Origin: Candidatus Omnitrophota bacterium
Lineage (GTDB): Bacteria; Omnitrophota; Gorgyraeia; 2-01-FULL-45-10
Assembly (NCBI GenBank): GCA_041648975.1
Contig: JBAZNZ010000009.1
Coordinates: 1,033-65,032, forward strand
DNA length: 64,000 nucleotides
Direction: 5' to 3'
Shown: piece after piece, positions 26,502-36,360 of the stretch
Layout: each line of letters starts with the position of its first letter
How positions within the stretch are numbered: position 1 is the first letter of the stretch
Translations under genes and position numbers: made by a program
Notes under the pieces: generated by a model
The model's database searches: none
The model's input: the letters and a program-made list of their open reading frames with translations, nothing else
Told to the model about the DNA's origin: nothing

Positions 26502-27893
26502 TTGTTAGAGAGTGCTATGGCTCAAGAGTCGATAGAAAAGGTCCCGCCGCAAAACGTAGAAGCCGAGATAGCGGTCATCGGATCCATGCTCTTAGATCAC
26601 GACGCTATTTCGCAGGCCGTAGAGATATTGAATTCGGATTATTTCTATAAAGAATCCCACAGGAAATTATACTCCGCGATGTTAAGGCTCTTCGACGAGA
26701 ACAAGGCCGTCGACATCATAACGGTCATGGAAGAGCTCAAGAAGACAAACTCACTTGATGACGCAGGCGGCCCGGCCTACATATCGAGCCTCGCGTCGGC
26801 CGTCCCTACCACAGCAAATTTTGTCCATTACGCTAAGATAGTCAAGGAAAAGGCCCTTCTCAGAAACCTCATTAATACAGCCACCCAGATAGTCACCGAA
26901 TGTTATGATACCACCATGGACGCCGATACGCTTGTGGACAAGGCGGAACAGCGCATATTCGACGTTACATCCAAGAAAGTGGAATCCAGGTTCGTCTCCC
27001 TTAGAGAAGTCATAAAAGATTCCATAGAGACCATAGACAACCTTTACCAGAGAAAAGAGAATATTACCGGCATAGCTACCGGCTACAGGGAACTCGATAT
27101 GAGGACCGCCGGGCTGCAGCCCTCTGACCTGGTGGTTATAGCGGGCCGTCCTTCGATGGGTAAAAGCGCGCTGGCTTCATGCATAGTGGAGCATGCGGGC
27201 GTTATCGAAAAAGAGCCGGTCGCGTTCTTCAGCCTTGAAATGTCCAAAGAACAGCTCGTCCAGAGGATGCTATGTTCGCACGCGAGAGTCGACGCGCATA
27301 AGGTCAGGACGGGTTTTCTGTCCCAGGCGGATTGGCCGAGGCTCGTCAGCGCGGCCGGAAAGTTATCGGAAGCGCCTATCTACATAGATGATTCACCGGG
27401 CATAACGGTCCTGGAGCTGAGGGCTAAGGCACGGCGGCTAAAGGCCCAGTTCGATATTAAATTGATAGTGCTCGATTATCTCCAGCTTATGCAGGGGCCC
27501 GCTAGATCCGAATCGAGGCAGCAGGAGATATCCGAGATATCCAGGTCGCTGAAGGCTATAGCCAAAGAGTTGAAGGTGCCGCTCATCGCTATAAGCCAGT
27601 TGTCGCGCGCTGTGGAGCAAAGGTCCGACCACAGGCCCCAGCTTTCCGACTTGAGGGAGTCGGGCGCTATTGAACAGGATGCCGACCTGGTGCTGCTTCT
27701 CTTGAGAGAGGAGTATTACAACCCGACCGATGAGAACAAGGGTATTGCGGAGGTCATAATAGCTAAGCAGAGGAACGGCCCAGTAGGGAGCCTGAACCTC
27801 GCGTTTCTCGGAGAGTATATGCGTTTTGAGAACATTGCCCAGAAGTCGGAAGATTTTGTCGACGTGGATATGGAAAAGATGGAGAGAGTGTGA
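26502..27893 (+). CDS. dnaB: replicative DNA helicase
   Basis: 463-aa ORF with Walker A GRPSMGKSA and RecA-like motifs; no intein seen. Confidence 0.9.
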   Translation: MLESAMAQESIEKVPPQNVEAEIAVIGSMLLDHDAISQAVEILNSDYFYKESHRKLYSAMLRLFDENKAVDIITVMEELKKTNSLDDAGGPAYISSLASAVPTTANFVHYAKIVKEKALLRNLINTATQIVTECYDTTMDADTLVDKAEQRIFDVTSKKVESRFVSLREVIKDSIETIDNLYQRKENITGIATGYRELDMRTAGLQPSDLVVIAGRPSMGKSALASCIVEHAGVIEKEPVAFFSLEMSKEQLVQRMLCSHARVDAHKVRTGFLSQADWPRLVSAAGKLSEAPIYIDDSPGITVLELRAKARRLKAQFDIKLIVLDYLQLMQGPARSESRQQEISEISRSLKAIAKELKVPLIAISQLSRAVEQRSDHRPQLSDLRESGAIEQDADLVLLLLREEYYNPTDENKGIAEVIIAKQRNGPVGSLNLAFLGEYMRFENIAQKSEDFVDVDMEKMERV

Positions 27894-30208
27894 GACGCTA
27901 CAAAATAATCGCGATCCTTATATTGCCTGTGATGCTGTGCGGCGTTTTTACGGCCGTTTCTTATTCACAAGGCGCCGCCGGGAACGAGGGAAGGACCATT
28001 GCAAGCGTAAATGTAAAGAATAACAGGGTCATCAGCACCGAGACCATATTAGCCAAGATAAAGACGAGGGCGCAGGAAAAATTCAGTCAGGATGTCGTTA
28101 ACGACGATATAAAAAGACTTTATGCGATGCAGTTCTTTACCGATATATCAATAGACGTGGAAGAGCGCGACGACGGCGTGGCCGTGACGTTCCTTGTGGA
28201 AGAGAAACCGGTCATCGAAGATATCGTTTTTAAGGGCAATACGGCCCTGCGGAGCCAGAAGCTTAAATCGACGATGAAATCGAAACCCAATGAAATGCTT
28301 AATCTCACTTTGCTGGCCCAGGATATAGCCGAAATAAAAGAACAATATATAAAGAAAGGTTATCCGCTCGCGGAGGTCGCGTATACGCTTGGTGTGGATA
28401 AAGAGACCAATAAGGCGACCATTAACATCGCGGTAGACGAAAAGACGCATATAAAGGTGGCGAGCATCAACATCTCCGGCAATAAGGCCGTACCTACAAA
28501 CAAGATAAAGAAGATATTGGGGACGAAGCCCGCATGGCTCTTCAACCCGGGAGTATTTAAAGAAGAAGTTTTACAGGAGGACCTCGACAAGATAAGGGCT
28601 ATGTACGACGATATAGGGTATCTTGACGTTGACGCCGTGCCGAGATTGGATTACATAGAGAACGGCACTAAACTCAACATCAATGTGGATGTGATAGAAG
28701 GCAAGCAGTATAAGGTCGGCGACATATCGGTAAAAGGCAACCTCGTCCTGCCCGAAAAAGACGTTAACGGCAGGATAACGATGAAGAAGGGGAAACCTTT
28801 TTCTACCAGGATGCTGCGCGATGATTCCTCGGCCGTAAGGCAATATTATTATAAATATGGGTATATGAACGTCATTGTCGATGTGGATCGGCAGCTGAAC
28901 CAGGATACGGGTGATATCGATATCGTATATAATGTCGACGCCAAAGAGATCGTGTATGTCGGCAAGATAGAGGTTAAGGGCAATACGAAGACCAGGGATG
29001 TCGTGGTCAGGAGGGAAGTCAGGCTGTACCCCGGAGATAAGTTCGACGGAGACAAGATAAGGCGTTCGAAGGAGAGGATATATAACCTCGGATTTTTCGA
29101 GAACGTCGGTTTCGATACCGAGGCGACCGGGAATCCGAATGTCCAGGATCTCGTAGTGAACGTCAAAGAGACGAAGACCGGCGAATTCTCCTTCGGCGGC
29201 GGGTATAGTTCGGTGGATATGTTATTGGGCTTCGTGGAGATAACGCAGAGGAATTTCGATCTCTTGAATTTCCCTTCATTTACCGGCGCCGGACAGAACC
29301 TGTCGATCAAGGCCGAGATAGGCATGGTCAGGAATAATTTCGATCTGGCATGGACAGAGCCGTGGATATTCGGATATCCCTACCTTTTCGGGTTCGACGT
29401 TTACAGGACGACCCATTACCAGAAAGGCGAGCTGGGATGGGCGTATGATGAGTCCAGGACGGGATTCAACATGAGGCTGGGAAAAGAGTTTACGGATTAT
29501 ATCAGGGCCGATCTTAACTACAGGATAGAGGAAGTACAGATATCGGATGTCATCGATAACGCGTCCCAGGACTTCAAAGACGAAGCGGGAAAGAATTGGA
29601 TATCGAAATTGACGTTCGACCTTACAGTAGATACCCGGGATAACATATTCAATCCTATGAGAGGTTACGTAGCCAACGGTTACGTAGAGAACGCCGGCGG
29701 CATCATAATGGGCGATAAGGATTTCGTAAAAGGCGGCGCCTCGGCGGCGTATTACCATACATTCTTCCAAAAAATAGTCCTCGAGGTAAAGGGAAGGCTC
29801 GGTCTCGAGAGCGCGTATAGCGATACGGCAAAGGTGCCCATATACGAACGGTTCTACGCCGGCGGAGCGAATACAATACGCGGATATAAGGAAAGACGCG
29901 TGGGCCCGAGAGATACCGGGTCCAATGAGCCCATAGGAGGCGAGAGCATGCTTATAGGCAACGCGGAACTTACCTTCCCTATATACGAGAGGGTGATAAA
30001 AGGGGCGGTATTCTATGACGTAGGTAATGTATGGGGTAAGATGGGAGATTTTGTCAGAGGCGGGGAATTTCGTTCCGGCGCGGGAGTCGGCTTAAGGGTT
30101 AAGACCCCGGTCGGTCCCGTGAAGGTGGATTACGGTTATCCGCTGAATAAGAATTATCAGGACGAAAGGACCGGAGAGTTCTATTTCAGTATGTCGAGGG
30201 GGTTTTAG
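27890..30208 (+). CDS. bamA: outer membrane protein assembly factor BamA
   Basis: 772-aa ORF with signal peptide, POTRA repeats and a C-terminal beta-barrel ending ...FYFSMSRGF. Confidence 0.85.
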   Translation: MRRYKIIAILILPVMLCGVFTAVSYSQGAAGNEGRTIASVNVKNNRVISTETILAKIKTRAQEKFSQDVVNDDIKRLYAMQFFTDISIDVEERDDGVAVTFLVEEKPVIEDIVFKGNTALRSQKLKSTMKSKPNEMLNLTLLAQDIAEIKEQYIKKGYPLAEVAYTLGVDKETNKATINIAVDEKTHIKVASINISGNKAVPTNKIKKILGTKPAWLFNPGVFKEEVLQEDLDKIRAMYDDIGYLDVDAVPRLDYIENGTKLNINVDVIEGKQYKVGDISVKGNLVLPEKDVNGRITMKKGKPFSTRMLRDDSSAVRQYYYKYGYMNVIVDVDRQLNQDTGDIDIVYNVDAKEIVYVGKIEVKGNTKTRDVVVRREVRLYPGDKFDGDKIRRSKERIYNLGFFENVGFDTEATGNPNVQDLVVNVKETKTGEFSFGGGYSSVDMLLGFVEITQRNFDLLNFPSFTGAGQNLSIKAEIGMVRNNFDLAWTEPWIFGYPYLFGFDVYRTTHYQKGELGWAYDESRTGFNMRLGKEFTDYIRADLNYRIEEVQISDVIDNASQDFKDEAGKNWISKLTFDLTVDTRDNIFNPMRGYVANGYVENAGGIIMGDKDFVKGGASAAYYHTFFQKIVLEVKGRLGLESAYSDTAKVPIYERFYAGGANTIRGYKERRVGPRDTGSNEPIGGESMLIGNAELTFPIYERVIKGAVFYDVGNVWGKMGDFVRGGEFRSGAGVGLRVKTPVGPVKVDYGYPLNKNYQDERTGEFYFSMSRGF

Positions 30209-30215
30209 GGGCGTA

Positions 30216-30247
30216 GTTATAAGTCGTAAGTTTTAAGTTGTAAGATA
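30216..30247. repeat. short word-built hairpin (GTAAG words)
   Basis: TTATAAGTCGTAAGTTTTAAGTTGTAAGATAA; lies downstream of bamA. Confidence 0.45.
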
Positions 30248-30256
30248 AAAAAATAG

Positions 30257-30790
30257 ATGCGAAATTTAAAAAAGGGGGAGAAGATGAAGAAGCTGATGGT
30301 TTTAGCGGTAGCGGCAGTTTTTGCATTTGGCCTTTTCACCGGCGTGGCGGGAGAGGTTTACGCTAAGGAATACAAGCTCGCTTATGTAGACCTGGCGAAA
30401 GTATTTGATGAATATAAGAAGACTAAGGATTCGGAAAAAAACCTAGAAGAAAAAGGCAAGGCGAAAGAGGCCGAACGGAATAAGATGGTAGATGAATTGA
30501 GGAAACTCAAGGATGAGCAGGCTCTTCTTTCGGAAAAAGGCAAGGCCGATAAGCAGAAGGTCATAGATGAGAAGATAAAAGTTCTGCAGGCATTCGATAG
30601 TAAGGCCCAGGCCGAGCTCATGAAGGAGAGGAACGATCTTCTTGGCGGCATCATGAAGGACATAGAAAAGGTCATCGGCGACTACGCTAAAGAAGCGGGT
30701 TACGACATAGTGCTCAATTCGCGCATGCTGTTATACGGCGGAGAACAGTACGACGTGACGGCTGAGGTACTCAAAAGGCTGAATAAGTAA
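30257..30790 (+). CDS. skp: OmpH/Skp-family periplasmic chaperone
   Basis: Signal peptide followed by a coiled-coil K/E-rich body; conserved position between bamA and lpxD. Confidence 0.75.
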   Translation: MRNLKKGEKMKKLMVLAVAAVFAFGLFTGVAGEVYAKEYKLAYVDLAKVFDEYKKTKDSEKNLEEKGKAKEAERNKMVDELRKLKDEQALLSEKGKADKQKVIDEKIKVLQAFDSKAQAELMKERNDLLGGIMKDIEKVIGDYAKEAGYDIVLNSRMLLYGGEQYDVTAEVLKRLNK

Positions 30791-30807
30791 ACCGCATCGA
30801 TAAATAT

Positions 30808-31836
30808 ATGTCTAAAAAAGTAAAGGAAATAGCGCGGTTCATCGGCGGCGAAGTCGTCGGCGACGGCGAGATTTTGATAAAAGGCATAAACGGCATTAAT
30901 GAGGCGCGCGAAGGGGACCTCTCTTTCCTGCTGAACATTAAATGCGACGGTCTGCTGGAGAAGACGTGCGCCAGCTGCGTAGTGGTGCCGAAGACCATAA
31001 AGAAGAGTTGTCAGAAACCTCTTATCAAGGTCGATGACCCGTCGACCGCTTTCTCTAAGATAATCGATGTCCTGTTCCCGGAAAGGATCCCGCATCCGAA
31101 AGGTGTCCATCCTACGGCGGTGATATCGAAGAGCGCCAGGCTCTCCCGCAACGCCGCTGTGGGGCCGTATGCTGTCATCGAGGACGGCGCCGAGATAGGC
31201 GATAATACCGCGATTTATCCATTCTGCTATGTAGGCAAAAATGCCAAAGTAGGTAAAGACTGTATTATATATCCCAATGTCACCGTCAGGGAAGAGGTGA
31301 TCATCGGGAATAGAGTCATAATACATTCCGGCACGATAGTCGGAAGCGACGGGTTCGGTTACGATGTCCAGCCGGATGGGACCTTTTTTAAGATACCGCA
31401 GGTAGGAACCGTCGTCCTGGAAGATGACGTCGAATTGGGCGCCTGCGTAACGATAGACCGCGCCAGATTTAATAAGACTGTAATAGGTAAGGGGTCCAAG
31501 ATAGACAATCTGGTCCAGATAGCGCACAATGTCATCCTGGGCCCGAATTGCGTTATAGCGGCTCAAACAGGTATATCCGGGAGCACCGAACTTGGCAGGA
31601 ACGTGATATTCGGGGGCCAGGTAGGAGTGGCGGACCATCTTAAGATAGGTGACTTTGTCCGCGCCGGCGCCAAGACCGGCATATCTAAATCTTTTCCCGC
31701 CAACACTACTTTGTTCTGGTATCCGGCAAAACCGGTAGATAAGGCGAGAGATATCATAGCGTCTATCGGGCTCTTGCCCAAACTCTATGAACGCGTCCGC
31801 GCGCTGGAATCCAGGATAAAAGAATTAGAGAAGTGA
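30808..31836 (+). CDS. lpxD: UDP-3-O-(3-hydroxyacyl)glucosamine N-acyltransferase
   Basis: 342-aa ORF with a left-handed beta-helix hexapeptide repeat domain. Confidence 0.85.
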   Translation: MSKKVKEIARFIGGEVVGDGEILIKGINGINEAREGDLSFLLNIKCDGLLEKTCASCVVVPKTIKKSCQKPLIKVDDPSTAFSKIIDVLFPERIPHPKGVHPTAVISKSARLSRNAAVGPYAVIEDGAEIGDNTAIYPFCYVGKNAKVGKDCIIYPNVTVREEVIIGNRVIIHSGTIVGSDGFGYDVQPDGTFFKIPQVGTVVLEDDVELGACVTIDRARFNKTVIGKGSKIDNLVQIAHNVILGPNCVIAAQTGISGSTELGRNVIFGGQVGVADHLKIGDFVRAGAKTGISKSFPANTTLFWYPAKPVDKARDIIASIGLLPKLYERVRALESRIKELEK

Positions 31837-32747
31837 TCCCTATTAGACAAAGGACGATAAAAGATCAGGTTGTGGTGGAAGGCGTCGGCCTCCAGACAGG
31901 CAAGCCGATAACATTAAAGCTTAACAGCGCCCCCGCAAATTCAGGCGTAAATTTCATAAGGACCGATCTTCCAAATAAACCCCTTTTAAACATACGATCT
32001 TTAGGCCCAACTATGAACCAGAACATTCTCCCCAAACACTCCGGGGGTTCGGTTCATAGTTGCCATGAACCGAACGAAGTTCTGGTTCATGGCAAGGCCC
32101 CGGAACGCAGGACTACTCTGGGCACAGGCCCACTCCAGATACAGACAACGGAACATTTTCTCGCCGCTCTTTCAGGCCTCGGTATAGATAATATAACCGC
32201 CGAATTGGATAATGTAGAACTGCCCGGCCTGGACGGAAGCGCATTAGGCTTTGTCGAGGCGTTGAAGAAGGCCGGGATGCGGGAGCAGGACGAGCCCCGG
32301 AAGGTATTGAAAGCGGAGAACGCTGTTTGGGTCAGGGGCGATGACAATATATTGGCTGTCTTTCCGAGCGATGAATTCAAGATCTCGTACACGATGTCTT
32401 ACAAGAACCCGTCTCTCGGGACCCATTTTTTTGAGATAGCCGTGAACGAAAAGTCCTTTGAAAAGGAGATAGCGCCGGCAAGGACGTTCTGCCTGAAAGA
32501 AGAGGCCCTCATACTTTTGAAGATGGGGTTGGGCAAGGGAGCCAATTACGATAACACCCTTGTAATAAGTAAAGAGGGCCCGGTGAAGAATAAACTGAGG
32601 TTCGCCGATGAACCTGTCAGGCATAAAGTGCTCGATCTCATAGGAGACCTCTATATACTGGGTATGCCGCTTATCGGTCATGTAGTAGCTGTAAAGAGCG
32701 GCCATAAATTGAATATGGAACTTGTGAAGAAACTTAAAAAGGAGTGA
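31833..32747 (+). CDS. lpxC: UDP-3-O-acyl-N-acetylglucosamine deacetylase carrying an in-frame ~27-aa insertion
   Basis: LpxC blocks are present ([29 protein letters not shown]). About 27 extra residues lie between the TDL and EHFLAAL blocks, encoded by the palindromic DNA at 32011-32092. Confidence 0.85.
   Translation: MIPIRQRTIKDQVVVEGVGLQTGKPITLKLNSAPANSGVNFIRTDLPNKPLLNIRSLGPTMNQNILPKHSGGSVHSCHEPNEVLVHGKAPERRTTLGTGPLQIQTTEHFLAALSGLGIDNITAELDNVELPGLDGSALGFVEALKKAGMREQDEPRKVLKAENAVWVRGDDNILAVFPSDEFKISYTMSYKNPSLGTHFFEIAVNEKSFEKEIAPARTFCLKEEALILLKMGLGKGANYDNTLVISKEGPVKNKLRFADEPVRHKVLDLIGDLYILGMPLIGHVVAVKSGHKLNMELVKKLKKE
32011..32092 (+). repeat. 82-bp double-palindrome inserted in frame within lpxC
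   Basis: CTATGAACCAGAAC-[22 nt]-GTTCGGTTCATAG TTG CCATGAACCGAAC-GAA-GTTCTGGTTCATGG: two tandem hairpins with arms swapped. Confidence 0.8.
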
Positions 32748-32754
32748 GCTATAG

Positions 32755-33231
32755 ATGGGTGAAAAAGCGCTTGATATATTAGGGAAGACGCTGGATATAA
32801 ACCAGATACAGCAGATATTGCCCCACAGGTATCCGTTCCTGTTCGTCGACAAGATAGTCGAAGTAAGCGAAAAAAAGGTCGTCGGCATTAAGAATGTCAC
32901 TATAAACGAACCTTTCTTTCAGGGCCACTTTCCGGGGCATCCGATAATGCCGGGAGTCCTTATCATAGAGGCGATGGCCCAGGTAGGCGGCGTCGGCGCG
33001 CTCAATATGAGAGATAACCTGGGAAAGCTTGCGTATTTTTTAAGCATAAATAACGCCAGATTTCGGAAGCCGGTGCTGCCCGGAGACGTCTTGAGGATAG
33101 AGGTCGATCTCCTGAAGACAAAGCTTAGCGTCATGCAGGTACATGCGGTGGCAAAGGTCGGTGATGATGTGGTTGCCGAGGCAGACCTCATGTTCGCGTT
33201 CATCAGGTCGTCTGAAGAAGAGAAGAAATAA
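32755..33231 (+). CDS. fabZ: 3-hydroxyacyl-ACP dehydratase
   Basis: Hotdog-fold motifs [11 protein letters not shown] and [19 protein letters not shown]. Confidence 0.9.
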   Translation: MGEKALDILGKTLDINQIQQILPHRYPFLFVDKIVEVSEKKVVGIKNVTINEPFFQGHFPGHPIMPGVLIIEAMAQVGGVGALNMRDNLGKLAYFLSINNARFRKPVLPGDVLRIEVDLLKTKLSVMQVHAVAKVGDDVVAEADLMFAFIRSSEEEKK

Positions 33232-33237
33232 TATAAA

Positions 33238-34041
33238 ATGACAAGAATAGGTCTGGTCGCAGGTTCAGGTAAGCTTCCTTCTGTTTTTGCCCGCGTGGCG
33301 AAAGACAAAGGGGATATTGTGATAGCGTTCGCCCTTAAAGGGGTGACCGATTCGGGTCTGGAAGAGCACGTCCACAAGATACACTGGTTCGAATGGGGCG
33401 ATCTCAAGAAGGCTGTCCTATTGCTGGCTGCCGAGAGGATAAGGAAGATCGTAATGCTGGGCAAGGTAAAGAAAGAGACGGTCTTTAAAGACGACAAGAA
33501 TCTTGACGCCGACGCAAAGTCGATCCTGAATAAGATCGACGGAAAGCAGGACTACCAGATACTTAACGGGATAGCCGATTTTCTGGGTAAATTCGGCGTT
33601 GAGGTCCTCGATTCCACCACATATCTTAAAGACCTTATACCCTCTAAGGGCCTTCTTACCAGGAGAGAGCCTACAAAAAAGGAGCTGGAAGATATAGAAT
33701 ACGGTAGTTCTGTCGCAAGAACGATGTCCATGTTCGATATAGGCCAGACGATCGCCGTGAAAGACAGGTCTGTCATCGCCGTGGAAGCCGCTGAGGGGAC
33801 GGATGAGACGATCCTCCGCTCCGGCTCCCTTGTCAAGGGCGGATTCGTCGTAGTGAAAGTCGCGCGTCCTAACCAGGATATGCGGCTCGATGTGCCGCTT
33901 ATCGGGCCGGATACTCTTATGACTCTTATAAAGGCAGGCGGCAGCGTTCTCGCCCTTGAGGAAAAAAAGACCATCCTTATGGATAAGGATGGTCTTGTAA
34001 AGCTCGCCGACGAAAACGGAATATCCGTCGTAATAATTTAG
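33238..34041 (+). CDS. lpxI: UDP-2,3-diacylglucosamine hydrolase LpxI (DUF1009 family)
   Basis: 267-aa ORF with N-terminal IGLVAGSGKLP; located between fabZ and lpxB where lpxI/lpxH normally sits. Confidence 0.65.
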   Translation: MTRIGLVAGSGKLPSVFARVAKDKGDIVIAFALKGVTDSGLEEHVHKIHWFEWGDLKKAVLLLAAERIRKIVMLGKVKKETVFKDDKNLDADAKSILNKIDGKQDYQILNGIADFLGKFGVEVLDSTTYLKDLIPSKGLLTRREPTKKELEDIEYGSSVARTMSMFDIGQTIAVKDRSVIAVEAAEGTDETILRSGSLVKGGFVVVKVARPNQDMRLDVPLIGPDTLMTLIKAGGSVLALEEKKTILMDKDGLVKLADENGISVVII

Positions 34042-35564
34042 AGCAGCGGCAGGTACTTCTTGATCTCGTAGCCCGTTATCTGCGTCCTGTAGTCCTCCCA
34101 CTCCTTCTTCTTATTTATCAGGAACCTTGTGAATATATGCTCTCCGAGCGCCTCTTTTACCAGGGCGCTCTTTTCAGTCTCCGCTATGGCTTGATAGAGA
34201 TTCCCCGGCAACGCTACGAGGCCCCTGTGTTCCCGCTCGGACATCTCCATCTTGTATATGTTCGGCTCGACCGGCTCAGGCGCCTTATATTGTTTCTCTA
34301 TGCCGTCGAGTCCGGCGGCCAGCATGACGGCGAAGGCCAGATACGGATTGGCTGACGGGTCCGGGCACCGCAGCTCAGCCCTCGTTGCCTTCTCGTTCCC
34401 GGGCCTGTATACCGGCACCCTTATAAGCGCCGTCCTGTTCTTTTGCGCCCATGACGAGTATACCGGCGCCTCATATCCCGCGACAAGCCTCTTATAAGAA
34501 TTGACCCATTGCGCGGTAAGGGCGCATATCTCTCTGGAGTGTTTTATCTGCCCGGCTATGAAATGTTTCGCGATGGCCGACAGGTGGTGCTTGTCGTCTC
34601 TGTCATAAAAAGCGTTCTTGTCGCCTTTGAACAAGGATTGATGGACGTGCATACCGCTCCCGGCCACGCCGTATATGGGCTTAGGCATGAAGGTAGCGTA
34701 GACGCCATGAGCCTTTGCCACTTCCTTTATGCAGTATCTGGCCGTTATGATATTATCGGCCATAGTTAAAGCCTTGCTGTACCTTAAGTCTATCTCGTGC
34801 TGGGACGGGGCGACTTCGTGGTGGCTCGCCTCCATGGGTATGCCCATCTTTTCCAGTATCCCGACGGTCTTGTTCCTCAAGACGTCCGCGATATCATTAG
34901 GGATGAGCTCAAAATATGTCCCTTCGTCCAGGGTCTCAGGAGCTTTCTCGGATTTAAAGTAGAAATATTCAAGCTCCGGGCCTATGTAAAGGGTCAGCCC
35001 CATCTTTTCGGCCCTATCAAGCTGCCTTTTCAGCGCGTATCTGGAGTCGCCGGCATAAGGCGTCCTATCGGGGTTCAGTATGTCGCAGAATAACCTTGCT
35101 ACCGGTTCGGCCGATCCCTCCCACGGCAGTATCTGGAACGTCGCCGGGTCAGGCATCGCTATGATATCGGATTCCTGCGCCTCGGCAAAGCCCGTCACCG
35201 AAGAGCCGTCGAATCCCTTGCCGTGGTAGAGCGCCTCCTCGAGGTCCCTCGGCGTTATAGAAACGCACTTCAATATGCCGAGGATATCGACGAACCATAA
35301 TTGTATGGTGTTGATGTTATTGTCCTTTACCATCTTAAGGACTTTGGCTTCGCTTCCTTTTCCGCGCAGCATCTTCTTCATATCAGCCTCTTTATGGTGG
35401 CTTTCGCCCTTTTTAAGTTTTGCTGCCTCATCGTTGTCGATGATATATTGCCTGCCCGCCCTGGTAGCTTTTATCGTGCCCTTATTTATCCTGTCTATGA
35501 CGGCCTGTCTCGATATACCCATCACCTTGGCCAATTGTGTAGGGCTTATGTATCCTTGTGCCAT
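34038..35564 (-). CDS. glnA: type I glutamine synthetase fused to an N-terminal excisionase/MerR-like HTH DNA-binding domain
   Basis: N-terminal MAQGYISPTQLAKVMGISRQAVIDRINKGTIKATRAGRQYII (HTH_17 pattern), then a GS beta-grasp and catalytic domain (KPIYGVAGSGMHVHQSL). The ATG at 35564 with AAAGGAG ribosome-binding site is preferred over the TTG at 35585, which lies inside the operator palindrome. Confidence 0.8.
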   Translation of the reverse strand: MAQGYISPTQLAKVMGISRQAVIDRINKGTIKATRAGRQYIIDNDEAAKLKKGESHHKEADMKKMLRGKGSEAKVLKMVKDNNINTIQLWFVDILGILKCVSITPRDLEEALYHGKGFDGSSVTGFAEAQESDIIAMPDPATFQILPWEGSAEPVARLFCDILNPDRTPYAGDSRYALKRQLDRAEKMGLTLYIGPELEYFYFKSEKAPETLDEGTYFELIPNDIADVLRNKTVGILEKMGIPMEASHHEVAPSQHEIDLRYSKALTMADNIITARYCIKEVAKAHGVYATFMPKPIYGVAGSGMHVHQSLFKGDKNAFYDRDDKHHLSAIAKHFIAGQIKHSREICALTAQWVNSYKRLVAGYEAPVYSSWAQKNRTALIRVPVYRPGNEKATRAELRCPDPSANPYLAFAVMLAAGLDGIEKQYKAPEPVEPNIYKMEMSEREHRGLVALPGNLYQAIAETEKSALVKEALGEHIFTRFLINKKKEWEDYRTQITGYEIKKYLPLL

Positions 35565-35578
35565 AATATCTCCTTTGC

Positions 35579-35621
35579 TTGACAATTGTCAAGTCTATCA
35601 TACAGCTTGTCACTTGTCAAG
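35579..35621 (-). promoter_or_regulatory. putative operator of the HTH-GlnA fusion gene: perfect palindrome TTGACAATTGTCAA plus two further TTGACAA/CTTGTCA half-sites
   Basis: On the plus strand: GCTTGACAATTGTCAAG at 35577-35593, immediately 5' of the ribosome-binding site, and CTTGTCACTTGTCAAG at 35606-35621. Confidence 0.55.
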
Positions 35622-35633
35622 TGTAAAGTGGGG

Positions 35634-35860
35634 AAAATTTTTCTGCTCCACCACAGGGCAGCTTAACGGCAGGCGCCCTTTCGGCTAATTTTGCCGTCAA
35701 GAGTATTTGGGTTTAGTATTAATAATAAATTTTTCACCTTGCTGTTATGGAGACAGCGGCTTAAAAAGAGTTTGTGTTGCGGTGCGGCCTCGGCAAAATA
35801 TAACGCCTCAAGGGCTACCTGCCGTTATCTGCCCCTGCAGTCGGAGCGAAGAAATTTTAT
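35634..35860 (+). mobile_element. MITE-like element copy B
   Basis: Near-identical ends and internal hairpin to copy A; located upstream of the glnA operator. Confidence 0.6.
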
Positions 35861-36360
35861 TGAGGTGGCAGGTTAGAAGCATCTTCGGCAATCGCCCAAA
35901 AGTTCCCTGCCCGCCGGCATGAATCTAAGTCGGGCAGGCGGGCGCCATCTGAGACAGGGGTGAAGAAATTTTACTGGGGGGCAGGTTAAAAGTTGCTTCG
36001 GCTAGCGCCCGAAAGCACTGCCACCTGGGGAGCGAAAAATTTTCCAGGTGGAGCGAGTTGGAAATTTTTACAGCTGGGTAATGCTGTATGGCCACGAGGC
36101 CATGTGGGTTGAGCCGTAAATTTTGCTAAGATTATAGCTATTACCCAAAGCATATTGAAGCAGGGCACCCATAAGAACTGAATAAAGCGGATTAATTTCT
36201 ACAAAACTGATCATTCTTGAAAGCAAAATTAGGCGAAGCCCACGGCCGAGATGGCCATTGGGGATAGGGTGTAAAAATTTCATAAGGAGCGAATATTTTC
36301 AGTGCTCACATAACGAGGCTTAGGTTTGAGCTAAATACGTAAAAATTTCATAGTAGCGAA

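Noticed and set aside
35585-35587. TTG start codon for the HTH-GlnA fusion as given in the ORF track
   Set aside because: The TTG lies inside the TTGACAATTGTCAA operator palindrome and has no ribosome-binding site. The ATG at 35564 has AAAGGAG 7 nt upstream.
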